A DNA stretch of 63,990 nucleotides, counting the filler, from Octopus bimaculoides (Eukaryota), in assembly GCF_001194135.2 (NCBI RefSeq). It is 5 parts of 5 records of this genome, joined end to end, with 100 filler letters (N's around TTAATTAATTAA, not from the genome) between each part and the next. Parts side by side here need not be neighbours in the genome. Positions count along the whole stretch, not along the records: positions 32,781 to 61,761 come from NC_068988.1; 4 more parts are not named here. One strand, given 5' to 3'. How positions within the stretch are numbered: position 1 is the stretch's first letter; each line of letters starts with the position of its first letter. A program made the translations under genes and the position numbers. Shown one piece after another: positions 37,638-51,513 of this stretch. Under the pieces are notes generated by a model that worked only from the letters and a program-made list of their open reading frames with translations, was not told where the DNA came from and made no database searches.

Positions 37638-40600
37638 TTGTTGAAAAAGATTTCGTTCGAAGGAAATGTATTTTATTTTAATATAAATGTTAAAATTATT
37701 TTTATTGTAAAAGAATGTCTCCCTTTAAGGTGACAAAATATAACCATCAATCATTTGGAATCAATAATTGTGATACTTCAATAATATTTCTTAACAAATT
37801 GTGTTTTCATTATTTACTCAGAATTGCTACATTCATACAAAAAAAAAATGTTGTGTTCCCATAAATGTTGTGTTCCCATAAAACAACATCAAGTATTGAC
37901 AGGCGAACGAGTCTCGAAGTAGAGATTCCAGTGTAGGAAACAATCATCTTTGCTTTAGAAATGGAGCGCCACGTTCCAAAAAGATAAATATTCATGGATT
38001 CAAATAATACCTTGAGGAAATGTTTAATATTTAGATGCTACAATAATAGATGTTTGACATCATTTCAAGTTTCCACAACACGGCATTGATATGCAAATTA
38101 GATGCAAATGAATAAACTGCTTGTGCTAAGTGTCTCGTGTTTTAACTGCATTGGTATTTGCGATGTGAGGAGGCCCAATTCTTGTTCTTGTTAGATTATA
38201 CACATGATTATATGGATGAGTATTGCACTGGAAAATAATTTAAATTTATTTAGTACAGAAGAATAGTCTTCGTTAGACATAATTTATTATCTATAATTAT
38301 TTATATTGCAATGTCTACGGAAATAATTTGATATGCAAAAAGAAGTAAAACATTTGCTGATCAAGCAACAGTAGTAATAGGAGAACGAACAAAACTAACA
38401 GAAATTATATCATTGTTGGTTTTATAAGCAAAAATAATCAGCAGTAACGTTAAGAAAAATACTTGCAACAGCATCGTTATCATGTTAGGAAAGACAATAA
38501 TAATAATAATGATATGAGTATCATTGACAGAGATAGATCTGTGCAATGAGAAAAATGTGTAAGAAAGTGGTGAAAAAAAATGAGTGAATTGGAACGAATA
38601 AAAATATTGATTTTTCTCTCCGGCTCAATTAACTATACCTTCAGCACCTATTTTGAAATGTTAGGATGTCTATATAGTTGATGTCTGCATAGTTGATTGA
38701 TTCGACAAAGGTATATAATTGTTACCTATTTTATCGACCCCAGAGGGCTGAATGACAAAGTAACAAATAAAAATATGCGTAAATAGTTCTCAATATTTTT
38801 CATCATTTAATAATTTATTAGAAACAATATATTTAAACGTTTTATTTATATTTAGATGTTTTATTTATATATTTCTATTCTTTTAATAGTGGCAATCTTT
38901 TATGTATTATTTTCTGCTTCGATATTACCATTTATCTCTCATAGATCTCCTTGGGATTAATTCTCTACAATTCATTCATATAAGTGATATTAGACGAAAA
39001 TATAATTCTGAATATAATCGGTATCACATTACAGCATTCTTTTCAAAACACATCAATGAAATATTATTACATAATATTGTATAAATTACTATATTGATTT
39101 ATTTTGGTTCAATCCCAATATATTACTGGTACTTATTGATTTAAATAGATGAGTTAAAATGATATGTTTGATGTTTTTGCATAACAGCAAGTAATGGATT
39201 TTTCTTTGCGATAGTTATGCGGAAATAATTTCATAATCACGAACCCACAAGATATTCTGCCTGTCTTTATCATACAAAGGATTAAAATGGATTTTCTTTT
39301 TATTGAATTTTGCCTTTACTTAAAAAAACTGTTACACCGTTTAAAACATTGGTAGTCCCTATATATTGCGGCTCACCATCGGAATGAATCAGCTCTAGTC
39401 TATTGTTTTCGCTCTTACTTCTTTACTAAATGCTTGTCTCAAAATATGACTCCTCACTCGTACATTTCACATGTAAAATAAACCAACAAAATATAACTCA
39501 GCATCATATTAACTCCTTATATAGTTCAGTTCAAAAATGACAAAATTCATTGCCACATAAATTTCTCTAGTTAGCACTTTCTCTTCTTACTCGTTAGTCT
39601 GTTGCGCGTTTATGCATTGATTGTCCCTCTATCTTCCATTAGTTCTCTGATTTTTTTTCTGGTGATAGTTTTGCAATATATGTTTTGTATTTTATGAGAA
39701 TAATTTATAAAATCATTTTTCAAATACAAACCTAAGTCGTCCGTTTTGTGCGACCTTATAACCCGTCAAGAATTTGAAATTGTCATTAGTGCATAACGTT
39801 GATTGCATTTAATAGGAATATGGTTTTCCTTAATGCAAGTTACTTTGCAGTTATTTTTAAGGATTTCTGAGAGAATAGAATTCACCACGAAGAAAATACT
39901 TCAGAGAAAACATCGCGGTTTCATCAGCAGACTTTGGAATAAAGAGATGTTATGAGTCAATAAATTGATATAAAGTAGTTTAAGTTCATCGGTAAATTGA
40001 TGCTCGTGGCCACTGATTTTAATATAAGTGGTTTTAGACATTATAAGTAAGTTATATAATTTCGTTTTATATAAGTTGTAATTCTTTGTAAATAATTGTT
40101 TGAAATATGGATGGCTAAAATGTATGGCTCGTCGCAGCAATCGATAAGTAGACAGATACCAAGATAGCTCTCAATTGTTCTGTCGCCTGAATGCGAACCT
40201 GAAAGCAAATGTTGGTTTGAAACATCTGCTAAATATACTTTTGATAGAAAGACTGACACTAGTTCTGGGGAGATTTTATATGGAATTTCATTCAAGTTAC
40301 ATTCACTATACCAGGTACAAACTACGGAATTGAATGTAGCTATAGTAATTTTACAAAGTTGAAGAACATATAACATGGAGAATATGAAAAAATGTCTCAA
40401 AGAACTTTTGTAATAAAAGTAATTTCATAACTCTATCCGAAATATATAAAGAAATATTGTTACACAATATATGAAGCAATCTCGCAAGAATTCATATATT
40501 TTGTTTTCTGCGTTTATCGAATTTCATAATAGAAAATAAATAATAGGAGCACCGTTTTAGTTTTTAATATCAATTTGAAAGAGTAAAGTAGATTTATAGC

Positions 40601-43600
40601 TAAGTACAAGTTGCTACCTGCAAAGTGGGGTGGGGGCTGAGGTAGCTACAAGTGCAAAATGAATTGCAGCCGTTACTATAGACTCGTCAAGAGATTTCAG
40701 AATCACAATGATTTATGATCAGAAATCGATCGGTGTTCTTGTACAGAGTATACTACATTAGTAAGAGAGACAAAACAACTGTAACATATGACCTGCCCGA
40801 ATATAAATACAGCATATATTAAACTAATACACAATGATGTAAGAAGCCAGAGAAACCAGAAAGTATTTTCGAATTACATTTTTTTTGTTGCTTCTTTGAA
40901 GAATATTACATGAAGAAATCAGGATCAATGGCCATGTATCTCTACAAGCATTTCAGCCCCTGATGCTTTCCAATCAGAAACGCTTAATAAATATAATCCA
41001 TTAATCATATTGAATAATAATACATGTTCATCCGATTTATAATATAATTATTGATTATAACAAAGATTATCGATTATAACAATATTACAGCACACAAGAA
41101 GCAAGTGGAATATTATTAGGCGATTAACGTTCATATGTAATTATCTTCCATTGTTAGTTTTCTTACATAGCCATTAACGATGTTGCGATACTCATGGAAT
41201 TTTCAAGAGAAGTGGCAACAAAATTGAAGTAAAATGGTGGCAACAGGGGGCGAAATCGAGTAGCCATTCTTACAGTAGATTTATATACTAATTTCACATG
41301 GCAGGGTTATAAATGATTGATGGTAGGGTGTTATGTTTATTTCATTAAAAACGAAGGAGATGCAATATTGACGACTCCTACAGCATTTTATGTTAGAACT
41401 AAGGACAAAATTAAATATGTGAATGAATTTAATCTAGTTTTCTGTTTTAGCCATTTGTCACATTTGTTCTATAATCCTCAATATGCATTCCTACAAGTAT
41501 CAAAATATCACAAATATACAAAAAGGGTTAAAGCAACATGTGAATTCACCTCCGCCATTAGTATAAGCTTCTTAGTAATATTACTGAACTTAGAGGATTG
41601 AAAGATAAGGTCGAATCTTGACTCGATTCAGAATGTAAAATTAAACATCGTCATGCAGTTATTTCGTGGTTTTTGCAGCATTCATGATCTTTAAACGTTT
41701 AAATTGAGCCCGAATATAATTTCTTACTATTCTTTTAAATCATTCCCTTTGAATACCATCTAAACTATAATTTGAAGGCGAAATTTCCATTTTTTGATGG
41801 ACAAAACATTTGCAATGTACGAGTGCGAATTTAAAGTAGACAAATTAAATACGGCTCTTGTATATCCCAAATCAGATTCGTATTCTTTTGTTCTTTTACT
41901 CGTTTCAGCCATGCGGCTGCGGTCAAGCTGGAGCACCACTATGCATTTTTCTTAGTCTTGTATTGTTATTGATCCTATAACCATATAAATAATTGTAGAA
42001 CCTCTCACGACCTGATCTATGTAAAGAGAGGAGAAACAATTTTAATTAAGAACAAACGGCTTTCTAGTTTCATAGTACTGACCATAATTTCAGTAAGAAT
42101 TAAACATAACAGGAATTAAATAAAAGGGGAACGCAGCTGAGGTTAGGTATTTTGTCAAAGGACAAAAAGTAAGGGCAGTTGTCGTATTGGAACCAGCGGC
42201 ATTGTAAGATGCTTTTTCTAGTACCCTTTTAGCTCAGATTTTAAAACTGTGTTCGCACTAAATAGTAATATTCCTTTGGCAATAGACTAAATCCAATAAC
42301 TTGCAATTGCGGGTATCTGTACTTTATTGCGATTGTAGACTTTAAAATAACTACCAACTAACAGAGCCTAAAAATAGTTTTAAAAACTTAGTACAAAAAG
42401 CATAAATAATTCTCATAAAAGTTCAGTTTCCTCACATAGTTAGTAGTAGTAGTACTAGTAGTATGGGGGCATGCGCTGCAACAACGCCGATGATGACGCC
42501 CTAATCTTGGTGGATGATACCTTTGCTCCACCCAGGCGACAACGGGTCTGTTTGGGTAGTCGTTGCTGGTGAGGGTTTTACGAGGTCGGCGTTCAAAACC
42601 TACTTCAACTCTTGAGTCGCCTTTCATGACACACAGAGGAAACGTTGGGTCTATTCTTTGACATGCCGGTCCTTAACACTGCACGATGAATAATAATTTC
42701 AAAATGCAGTAGATTTAGCGAGAAAGAATGTAGTGGTGTATAACTTTAAGTGTCGAAATATTTATTACTTAATGGTTCATTTCAGCTGATGGCAAATTTA
42801 CAGAACATTTTATACCATATCGAACATATTCGATATTAATTAGTTGATTTTATATTTCAATATATTTTAGAATATTTGTTTGTATAAGCCGGAGCCTGTA
42901 TTCGTCTGAGGAGATCTGCCTATTTTCCAGTGATCAAGTGAATTACTTGAATTTTTATGATCAGATATTTCAATCAATAAATAAACAGGCATATTTAATA
43001 GTGAAACCGTTTCTGGCAGTCTTTAGGGGATGATTGATGTGATAAATAACCAATAACGTTAAATTCGTTGATCTTTTGTATTATCATAGGAGTAGATTAG
43101 TATTAGTTTGAAGATGTCTGTTCTAATCGTCGTAATGGTCAATACTTCCTACATTCATCTGAGGGTTGTGACTGGCCGAGTTGGTACGTTTTACGGCAAC
43201 TAAGCTAAGAGAGCTCCATGGGACAAATGATACACATGACATCATTTGCTAACGGCCACATTAGAGATTGAACTTAGAACTATAAGCCAATTGATCACTC
43301 GTTACTTTTATAGTATCCCCGCTGCCGTTAATTGTGCTGAAATAGGACGATGAAATTTAAATGTTTTTATAAATGCTATCGATATGACACACCAATTTCT
43401 GTTTGGCTGTTGGCTGAAAAGCCTATCAACTCGACCATCCATGATACACTAATAGGACACGGTAATTAAAGTATCTACCATTACAGCAATTAGAACGCGC
43501 GTCTTGCATTTTTTCTCTTCCACTCATCTGATAAGATAAACAAAAGATCGATAAATTGAATGTTATTGGACATTCAACACACAAAGCATTCTCCTAAACA

Positions 43601-44268
43601 GGTTTCCCTATTAAACATCTATTTATTGAGAATATATTCATATCTTCGGGTGAATTTGTACGAATGACTCTACCCAGTTAAGCATGACTGAATAAAGCGT
43701 ATAACTGTCTACTGGTGTGAAAGAAGATCATTTCGAAATGTCTTCGTTGTTTTGACAGTGAAAGAGAAAGTATAAGCGCATTTCAGTAGATGTGTATGTG
43801 TGCATGTACGAGAGTATTTGTTTGTGCGTGTACGTATGCGTGTGTGCGTGTGTCAGCCTGTGTATGTGTGTGTGAGTGTATGTAAATGAGTGTGTGTGCG
43901 CGTGTGTACGAGCGCGGGTGCGAAATCACATTATGGTTAATTAATTGGAAGAATGTTCACTCTTTAAAATGGGGATTTGATTTCAGCAATGCCAAACAAA
44001 TTGGGAATTGATTGGTAACTTTCACCTAATTAATCCTCATCTGATTCAAGCGAAATATTCTCGGAAATATTTCTGCTATATTAAATGTATAGGAGCTTAT
44101 CGGTGACATAATGAGGGGAAAATTAAAGCAATAATTTTCGTATTCAGTGGACATATTTCTGAATTATTCCTGTATTTAATCAAAATGCCACGGCACACAG
44201 ATACGCACACACGTATGTACAAACACACACATGACCAAATTATAACCCCAAATGTGTGTAAAGATGTG

Positions 44269-44306
<38 letters not shown>

Positions 44307-44934
44307 TGTATGTGTGTGTGTGTATGTATGTATGTTTGTATGTATGTATGTATGCATGTATGTATTGTTCTGGGCAAAACAATGAACTGTCGCCAGCAGT
44401 GAGGTAGGAACTCCAGGCGTTGTCGTCACTAACCATAACCCTACTTAGACCCGCGGTGAGAGAACCAATGAAGGTCCTCACCGTGTGTCAAATGCCAATT
44501 GACAATCCTATGACTGACGCATACGGGACCAGCAGTGGCCACTAGGCACGTGTCATAGAAGCCCACTGGTGCGTAGACATAAACACATGTTACGTGAACC
44601 TATTCATTTGCTTAAGGCTTAAATAAGCCTTGTACCTCGAGCATAAAACGGTGACAGCAGGAGTCGTCTAGCAGCGTAAACATTAAATGAACAAGTAATC
44701 GGAAGGCGGGGCTAAGTAACCCCTAAGAAGAATCATGAATTTGCACACTTTGCTATTGTAGTCCATGATTGCCAACGGCCGTAGTCACTGCCGCTGAAGA
44801 TATATGCGTGTACACACCATGTGTGTGTGTGTGTGAATGTGTGAGTACTTATATATATGTATGCATATGCATATGTATAAATATAGATGCCTATAGCTAT
44901 ATTTACATTTACATGTATATATATATATATATAT

Positions 44935-44983
<49 letters not shown>

Positions 44984-45058
44984 CTTCCCATTTCCCAGAG
45001 TATCATACTGATAAGATTCATCTCGTCTTATTGCTTGTATTTTAATGTTAACACATAC

Positions 45059-45093
<35 letters not shown>

Positions 45094-46261
45094 CACACAC
45101 ACAAAGATATATGTACACATATATACATATATATAGGGGAGGAGGAAGTATGCATATGTGTTGTATGTCTATGAATGTATGTTATGGAAGCGTGTATGCA
45201 AGTGTGTATATTGGGCATTTTGACAAGTTCTGTATTCTACCATTACAATTTATATTTCTATAAATTATATAATTGGTAATGATGATATATTAACTTGAGT
45301 TGATGTGTCTTATTATGAAACAGGCTTGTATTAATTCACTGGACTATGTACCGTGAATATTTAGAAACGGTTAAAATGTTCTTAATAATTGGAAACACAA
45401 TCCCCTACCTTTGTACGGTTCAGCGGGTAATTTATATGTATCTATCGTATCGTGTGTGTTTGGTTATATTCGTGCAGATATGCGGATGTGAGTACACATG
45501 AAAGTAGGTGTGCAGACTATAAATATATATTGGCAAATGTCGAAAACATTACCTGTGAGTCTAATGAACTGAAGAATATGAACTCTTATACGGTTTTCAT
45601 TTGAATAATTTTGAAAATTACCTTACTTTAAAAATTGAGCTAAATTGGTAAAAATAGAAATTGAAAGAAATTTCAACTCGTCATGTTTCCGAATGTGTCA
45701 TTTAAGAATTCGAAGTGGAATTAAAATTCAGTGAAGAACAAATCACGCAATCTTAAAAATCGGACACTCGTCTGTCTTAATTCATTCTGGTAACAAGTTT
45801 TGAATTTGAAATTCGACATAACATTTTTCCAAAAATAAAATCTATGATATTTAAGAATAAATATAAAAATATAGAAATATAGTGATACTCGTCATTTATT
45901 TTATGTATTCAGTAATTAAATAAACCTCTGTTACATGTCTAGACCTACGCTTATTATAAAATATATTTCATGTTTATAGACATCAGACTAAAAAGTAACA
46001 TTAAAGTGTTGACAAAATATGGCAGGCTCCGAATGATTTCAGTTAATCAAGATCATACCGGTACGGAGTGATAACATTAAACAGTATTTAAGTAAACTAA
46101 ACAGCGCATATATGTATGTGTGTGTAGGTGGGTGGGGGTGCTGACACAAAAGCACACATACACATGCTGCCATTCAATATATAAGGAGTTCTCCATCCAT
46201 CAGGATGTAAATGAATACATATGAATATATGTCAATTTTGCCAGGAAGTCATTTTAAAATT

Positions 46262-46980
46262 CATAATACTTTGATACTTTGGTAGGTTTCGGCCAGTATT
46301 GGCCCAGGCCATGTCTAACTTAATAACACCACCTGGCAAAGTCATTCAAATCAGGATTCGGACAACATGGCCCACTCAAGTAGAGAGTTATTGTTTACGG
46401 AGACATATCCAAGTGTAGGGGGTTTATCTGGGATTTTTTGAAGGAATTTTTCCAATGACTTCTTAAGCTTTATGGTGTCTGCTTCTGCTTTAATATGCTT
46501 TTGGTGTAATGTTAAAGAGAGCAGGGTCAATTGAGGTGAAATAATTGTGCCATATTATTGTTATGTGATGCGAGTATGATTTTTGTTGTGGACGGATAGC
46601 ACGGGGTCCAAGTCTTGGATGTATCTTAAAGGCGATGCCAACATCATTTGGGAAATGCTGATTGAATATTTTCCACATTATGCAGATGATGTAGCGCTCA
46701 CGGTGGCGTTGGAGAGAATAAAGCTTGAGCTTTTCTAGTCGACCTCAATAGTCAAGGCCTGTCATGTCATCTATCTTTTTTGTAATTGACCTTTGAGGTG
46801 CTTCAATTTTCATAAAACTTTGTTTCGTTTGGGGAGACCACAGTGGACAACAGTATTCAAGGTGGGGTCAGGCAAAAATGGAAAAGAGAAGGATAATGGT
46901 GTGGATATCTCTCGACTGGAAAGTTCTGTGAATCCAAGAACACATGTTGCAGGCCATGTCAACTTTGCTGTTTATATTCC
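46262..46980 (-). mobile_element. CR1/L2-type LINE 3' fragment with 3' UTR
   Basis: CSWIHRTFQSRD...PHLEYCCPLWSP...QRSITKKI...RLEKLKLYSLQRHRERYIICIMWKIF...NNNSLLEWA. Ends in an ATCAAAGT-type short tandem tail. Confidence 0.85.
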
Positions 46981-47980
46981 CATTTACACATTTGTTTGTT
47001 ACCAAGCAATGTTAAAGTATTGTCATTACACAAATCCAGTAAAACGTTTATATACATTTCTTTAGTTGAAATGGTTCAACAGTATTTTGGCATAATCAGT
47101 AATGAAATGTACTGCATATATGAGCTTTGTAAACAGTTCATTTCACATTCTCGATCTTCTTTCTTCCTCTCTTATACATAGACACGCGCACGCACACGAG
47201 CTTATTTATATGTTTGTGTATATATGTGAGTGTGTGAGGGTATGCATCATAGATGTGGTAAATCTGTTATCATAATGTACCCGATTGTCCCCACTCCGTG
47301 GCCACAGCCAAGGCTCTGCTATAGCAAAATTACTTGCATGGAAGTTTCAAATTCTCCTCCAAGAACTGGCTTTGATTTTCATAGTAACATACCAATAATA
47401 CGTTGTTTAATCATGTGTTGAATATGAACCGGATTCTTCTGAATTGTTCTATTCAGCTTTTCTACGTCCAAAAATCTTTCTGAGGGACTGAGTTTAATGT
47501 CCATTAAACTTTATATTTATTGAAAAATGTATTAATTATAACTTTATTTTGTAGTCATTAAATCTCTGTTGAATGGTTCAGGAAATTGAGGAATGTTCCT
47601 ATATGTTTAGAATTCCATGATATTAAAACTACCAAAATAGCTACAGTTTCATAGAAATTTCGAAGATATATATTCCTATTGTGTTAAGTCAATAGAATAA
47701 TGTTATGGACGTACTGTTAAAATTCATAAGTAAATTTAATGTCTTGAAAATGTTGGTTTATACAAGAATTTTCTGAAGATTACAGCGGATTATTAATTTT
47801 TTGCCATTAATTACAGTAGCATGTGCCTTAGTAAAGAAATAAAGTTTGTACGAAAGAGTTTGCAACTCGATTCAATCAAAGTGTTTAACCATTTTAGTTA
47901 TTCCATTAAGTTTAATGGAAGTGCATGAATGTCTCAACTTCTCAATTTCTCCACAAATATAGTTTATATGTAATATATTA

Positions 47981-49353
47981 TTAGGTTGTCAAGAAGGTTC
48001 TTGCGGAATTTTTAATTTTGGTTTTAAACGATGTATTTTCAAATTCATTTTCGTTAAATTACTTTATATATAATTTTAAAGCCCGTTTTTCGCGCTATCA
48101 AATCGTGTTACTCTTTTTCTTTTTGAATAATTAGGCCATTTTTTTCCGGAACGTTGAATACAACATGGACAAAAGGCAAATTCGCACAATTTTCTTATTC
48201 CAGTTCAAGCAAGGCCGAAAAGCTGCTGAAACAGCTCGTGATATCAACGATGCGTTTGGCCCAGGAACCACTAATGAACGTACAGCACAATAGTGGTTCA
48301 AGAAATTTCGTAGCGGTGGCGAGAGTCTTGAAGATGATAAGTATAGTGGTCTGCTATCGGATGTTGACAACGATCAACTAAGAGCCTTAGTCGAAGCCAG
48401 TGCACGCACAACTGTTCGAGAGCTTGCTTCTGAATTAGAGGTAACGTATACGACAATTTCCAACCACTTGAAAGAGATTAGAAAAACAAAAATACTTGAG
48501 AAATGGGTGCCGCACGAATTGAACGGCAACCAAAAAAAAAAAAAAACGCCGTTTTGAAGTGTGTCTTCCCTTGTTTTACGCAACAAGAACGATCCATTTC
48601 TCGACCGGATTGTGACTTGCGATGAAAAGTGGATTCTTTACGACAACCGGCGACGCTCAGCTCAGTGGTTGGACGCCGACGAGTCTCCCCGGCACTTCCG
48701 GAAGCCAAAGTTGCATCAAAAGAAGGTCATGGTGACTGTTTGGTGGTCTGCGGTGAGTCTCATCCATCACAGCTTTTTAGATCCAGGCGAAACCATTACA
48801 GCAGAGAAGTACTGTAAGCAAATGGATGAAATGCATAAGAAACTTCGACAACAGCGAGCATTGGTGAATAGAAAAGGACCAATCCTTCTTCACGACAACG
48901 TTCAGCGACACGTCGCACAACTGACCCTGCAGAAGTTGAACGAATTGGGCAACGAAACTCTGCCTCATCCGCCATACTCACCAGGCCTCTCGACAACCGA
49001 CTACCACTTTTTCAAGCATTTCGACAACCGACTACCACTTTTTCAAGCATTTCGACAACCGACTACCACTTTTTCAAGCATTTCGACAACCGACTACCAC
49101 TTTTTCAAGCATTTCGACAACTTCCTGTGTGAGAAATGCTTCAAAAACCGAGGCGATGCCAAACATACCTTCAACGACTTCATTGCCACCAGAACGCAGG
49201 GTTTTTACGATACTGACATAGACTTGTTTCGCGTTGGCAAAAGTATGTTGATTCTGATGGTGTTTATTTCGATTAATAAAGTTTTGGTTGAGCCGAGATA
49301 TATGCATCTGAATTTAAAGGTTAAAAGCCGCAAGAACTTTCTTGACAACCTAA
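47981..49353 (+). mobile_element. full-length mariner (D34D, Hsmar1/cecropia-like), inactivated
   Basis: TIRs TTAGGTTGTCAAGAAGGTTCTTGCGG and CCGCAAGAACTTTCTTGACAACCTAA, with TA TSDs at 47979-47980 and 49354-49355. ATG at 48165 (MDKRQIRTIFLFQFKQGRKAAETA), in-frame TAG at 48291, frameshift at the poly-A near 48532-48546. Motifs VTCDEKW, HDN and YSPGLSTTD, with 34 residues between the last two Asp. Confidence 0.95.
48990..49121 (+). repeat. 4 x 31 bp perfect tandem repeat inside the mariner transposase
   Basis: Unit TCGACAACCGACTACCACTTTTTCAAGCATT starts at 48990, 49021, 49052 and 49083, plus a partial TCGACAAC at 49114. Confidence 0.95.
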
Positions 49354-51466
49354 TAATATAACTTAATCTTGTAGCATATAACAACCAGTATGGCTGTATA
49401 ATAATGCTAGAACATACTGAAACCTCCTTAATATATTTGAAAATCTATTCAGAATCGAATATTGCTTGGAGAGCATAGGTTTCTTAGAATTCTTATATGA
49501 CCACTGACGCTCGGACGTGGCTGCTCTTGTGCCACGCCCACTCATTTGTTTCCATTTCCATTGTCAGGCATATTTTTGTTTAAACCTTATGACCACCAAC
49601 CAGAAGTGATCACACCACCCTTCCTTCTTTTTCACTACGTCCATCTTCTGGAATCCCTTCCCTGCGCATATTTTCCCACAACCTTCAACTTGCATATATT
49701 TCTGAAGTACATTTTAACCATCTGGCTTTTAGCAGTTGTAAAATGTCTGCAAAGGCCATGGATGTCGGTTCCTCCCACACCAACCCGATAAATAAAATCA
49801 TAGCATAAATTTAGATTTAGGGATTCTCACAATTATAATGTGAAATTTGAACAACTTAGTTTTAGTTATCAGACGCTGGGTCTCTGTCTAAATAACTAAA
49901 GTACTTTCCACTTATGAAAACATTTTGTTTTTCAGTATTGAGATGGTATTTCAACGAAACGGGTAAGTTTATTAACTTTTCTGCACAAGTTTTATTATCA
50001 TTATTGAGGTTAAATTGTTATTGAATAATACAATTTAAGATTGCATAACTCTTGACTTTTATTAAAGAAGTGAAAATAAATACGTTGAAAGGTCATGGAT
50101 CTTATTACTTTACGGACTGTAAGTCGACAACATGTGTTTGTTGAATTAGATATGAACACCTCAACAGAATATTTTGACGTCATATATTTTAGTTACGTGG
50201 ATGGATTATTTCAATGGTTGAGATTGCAAGTTGCCAAAAGCAAGAAGTTAATAGCTGATTTCATGTATAATTCTAGTTCATGATAATTGCAGTTAATGAG
50301 GTTGTAACACAGATTGTATTTCTTTACAGTTTATATGCTCAGTGTTTTCTTTGCTTACAGCTTACGCATAATTACATTTCCATTGCAGCTTTAGGCTAAA
50401 CTGTTAGCTAATAAAGAAGTAAGCTTTCCCTTTTCAATATAGGCAGCCTACTAATATATAAACGCCAAAACGTTAAAACAATAGAAAACAGTGTACAGGT
50501 AAAAAAAAAAAAAGCATACAATATTAGCTGTATGAGTAGAAGTAAAATATCCAAACGTTGGGGAATAAGAGAGAGCAAAATAATGACAATATTGCCGGTG
50601 GTTTTCATAGCTCATAACAAGTGAGAACATACTATTACTGTGAATGAAGAAAAACAATTTTGTTAGCAAATATTTCTGTGAATTTACAACATATAATGCA
50701 CAATAAAAGCAGGTATCCATTCAAACAGTAAAATAGTATTAAATATATATATCATATGAATTAAAATGTAGAATTTAAGCATTTTCTGAATTAGTATGTG
50801 TGTCAGCTCAATTTTACACCTGTCTCATTGTGTTTCATGAAGCAATTCAAGAATAAACAGAGTGTTGTGACATTGTAAGAAATTGTCTAACACATATACA
50901 CACAGAGGCAGGTATACAGGTCTGCGTATGTATCTGATACTAATTCGCAATCTATCATTGTGAACAGTGTCTTCGCTTAAGCATAAGTAAAAAGTACAAA
51001 GTCATTTACCGAAAGATATTATTTCTCTCTTTCGCAGAGCATATATCATCTGCAGCTTTTCTAATGTTACAAAAATTGCAATGCATTAACTCATCTACTC
51101 ATTATTTATCACGTGAATGTGATTTGACAGTTTTTACCAACTAATGTAATTTTATAAAACATTTAACACTTCTAGGTACAATTATATATGTATTTACATA
51201 ATGATTCAATAACAAACACGTATATGCAAACCGAACATCAGCCAGAATAAAAGGGAAACATCTGTTGATAAGAAATGATACTATAATTAAAATTATTTTC
51301 TAAATAATTTCTTCCATCTTTCTTTTTTTTTATCTTCCTTCGGTTCTTTCATGCTCTAAATATCAGGATGTTTTCAGCCACATCACAAAAAATAAATAAG
51401 ATATACAGTTCATTACACAGATTCAGCAGGTTTATCTTTTCGGTGTTTCAAAGTAATTTCTGTTGC

Positions 51467-51513
<47 letters not shown>

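Noticed and set aside
40168-40370. Open frame LSIVLSPECEPESKCWFETSAKY...
   Set aside because: No Met, no polypyrimidine acceptor and no recognised family.
41171-41232. Good acceptor followed by AINDVAILMEFSREVATKLK-stop
   Set aside because: A 20-codon frame is expected by chance in this much sequence, and there is no supporting exon.
48990-49121. 31 bp repeats as a CRISPR-like array
   Set aside because: Units are contiguous with no spacers, lie inside a eukaryotic transposase, and there are no cas genes.
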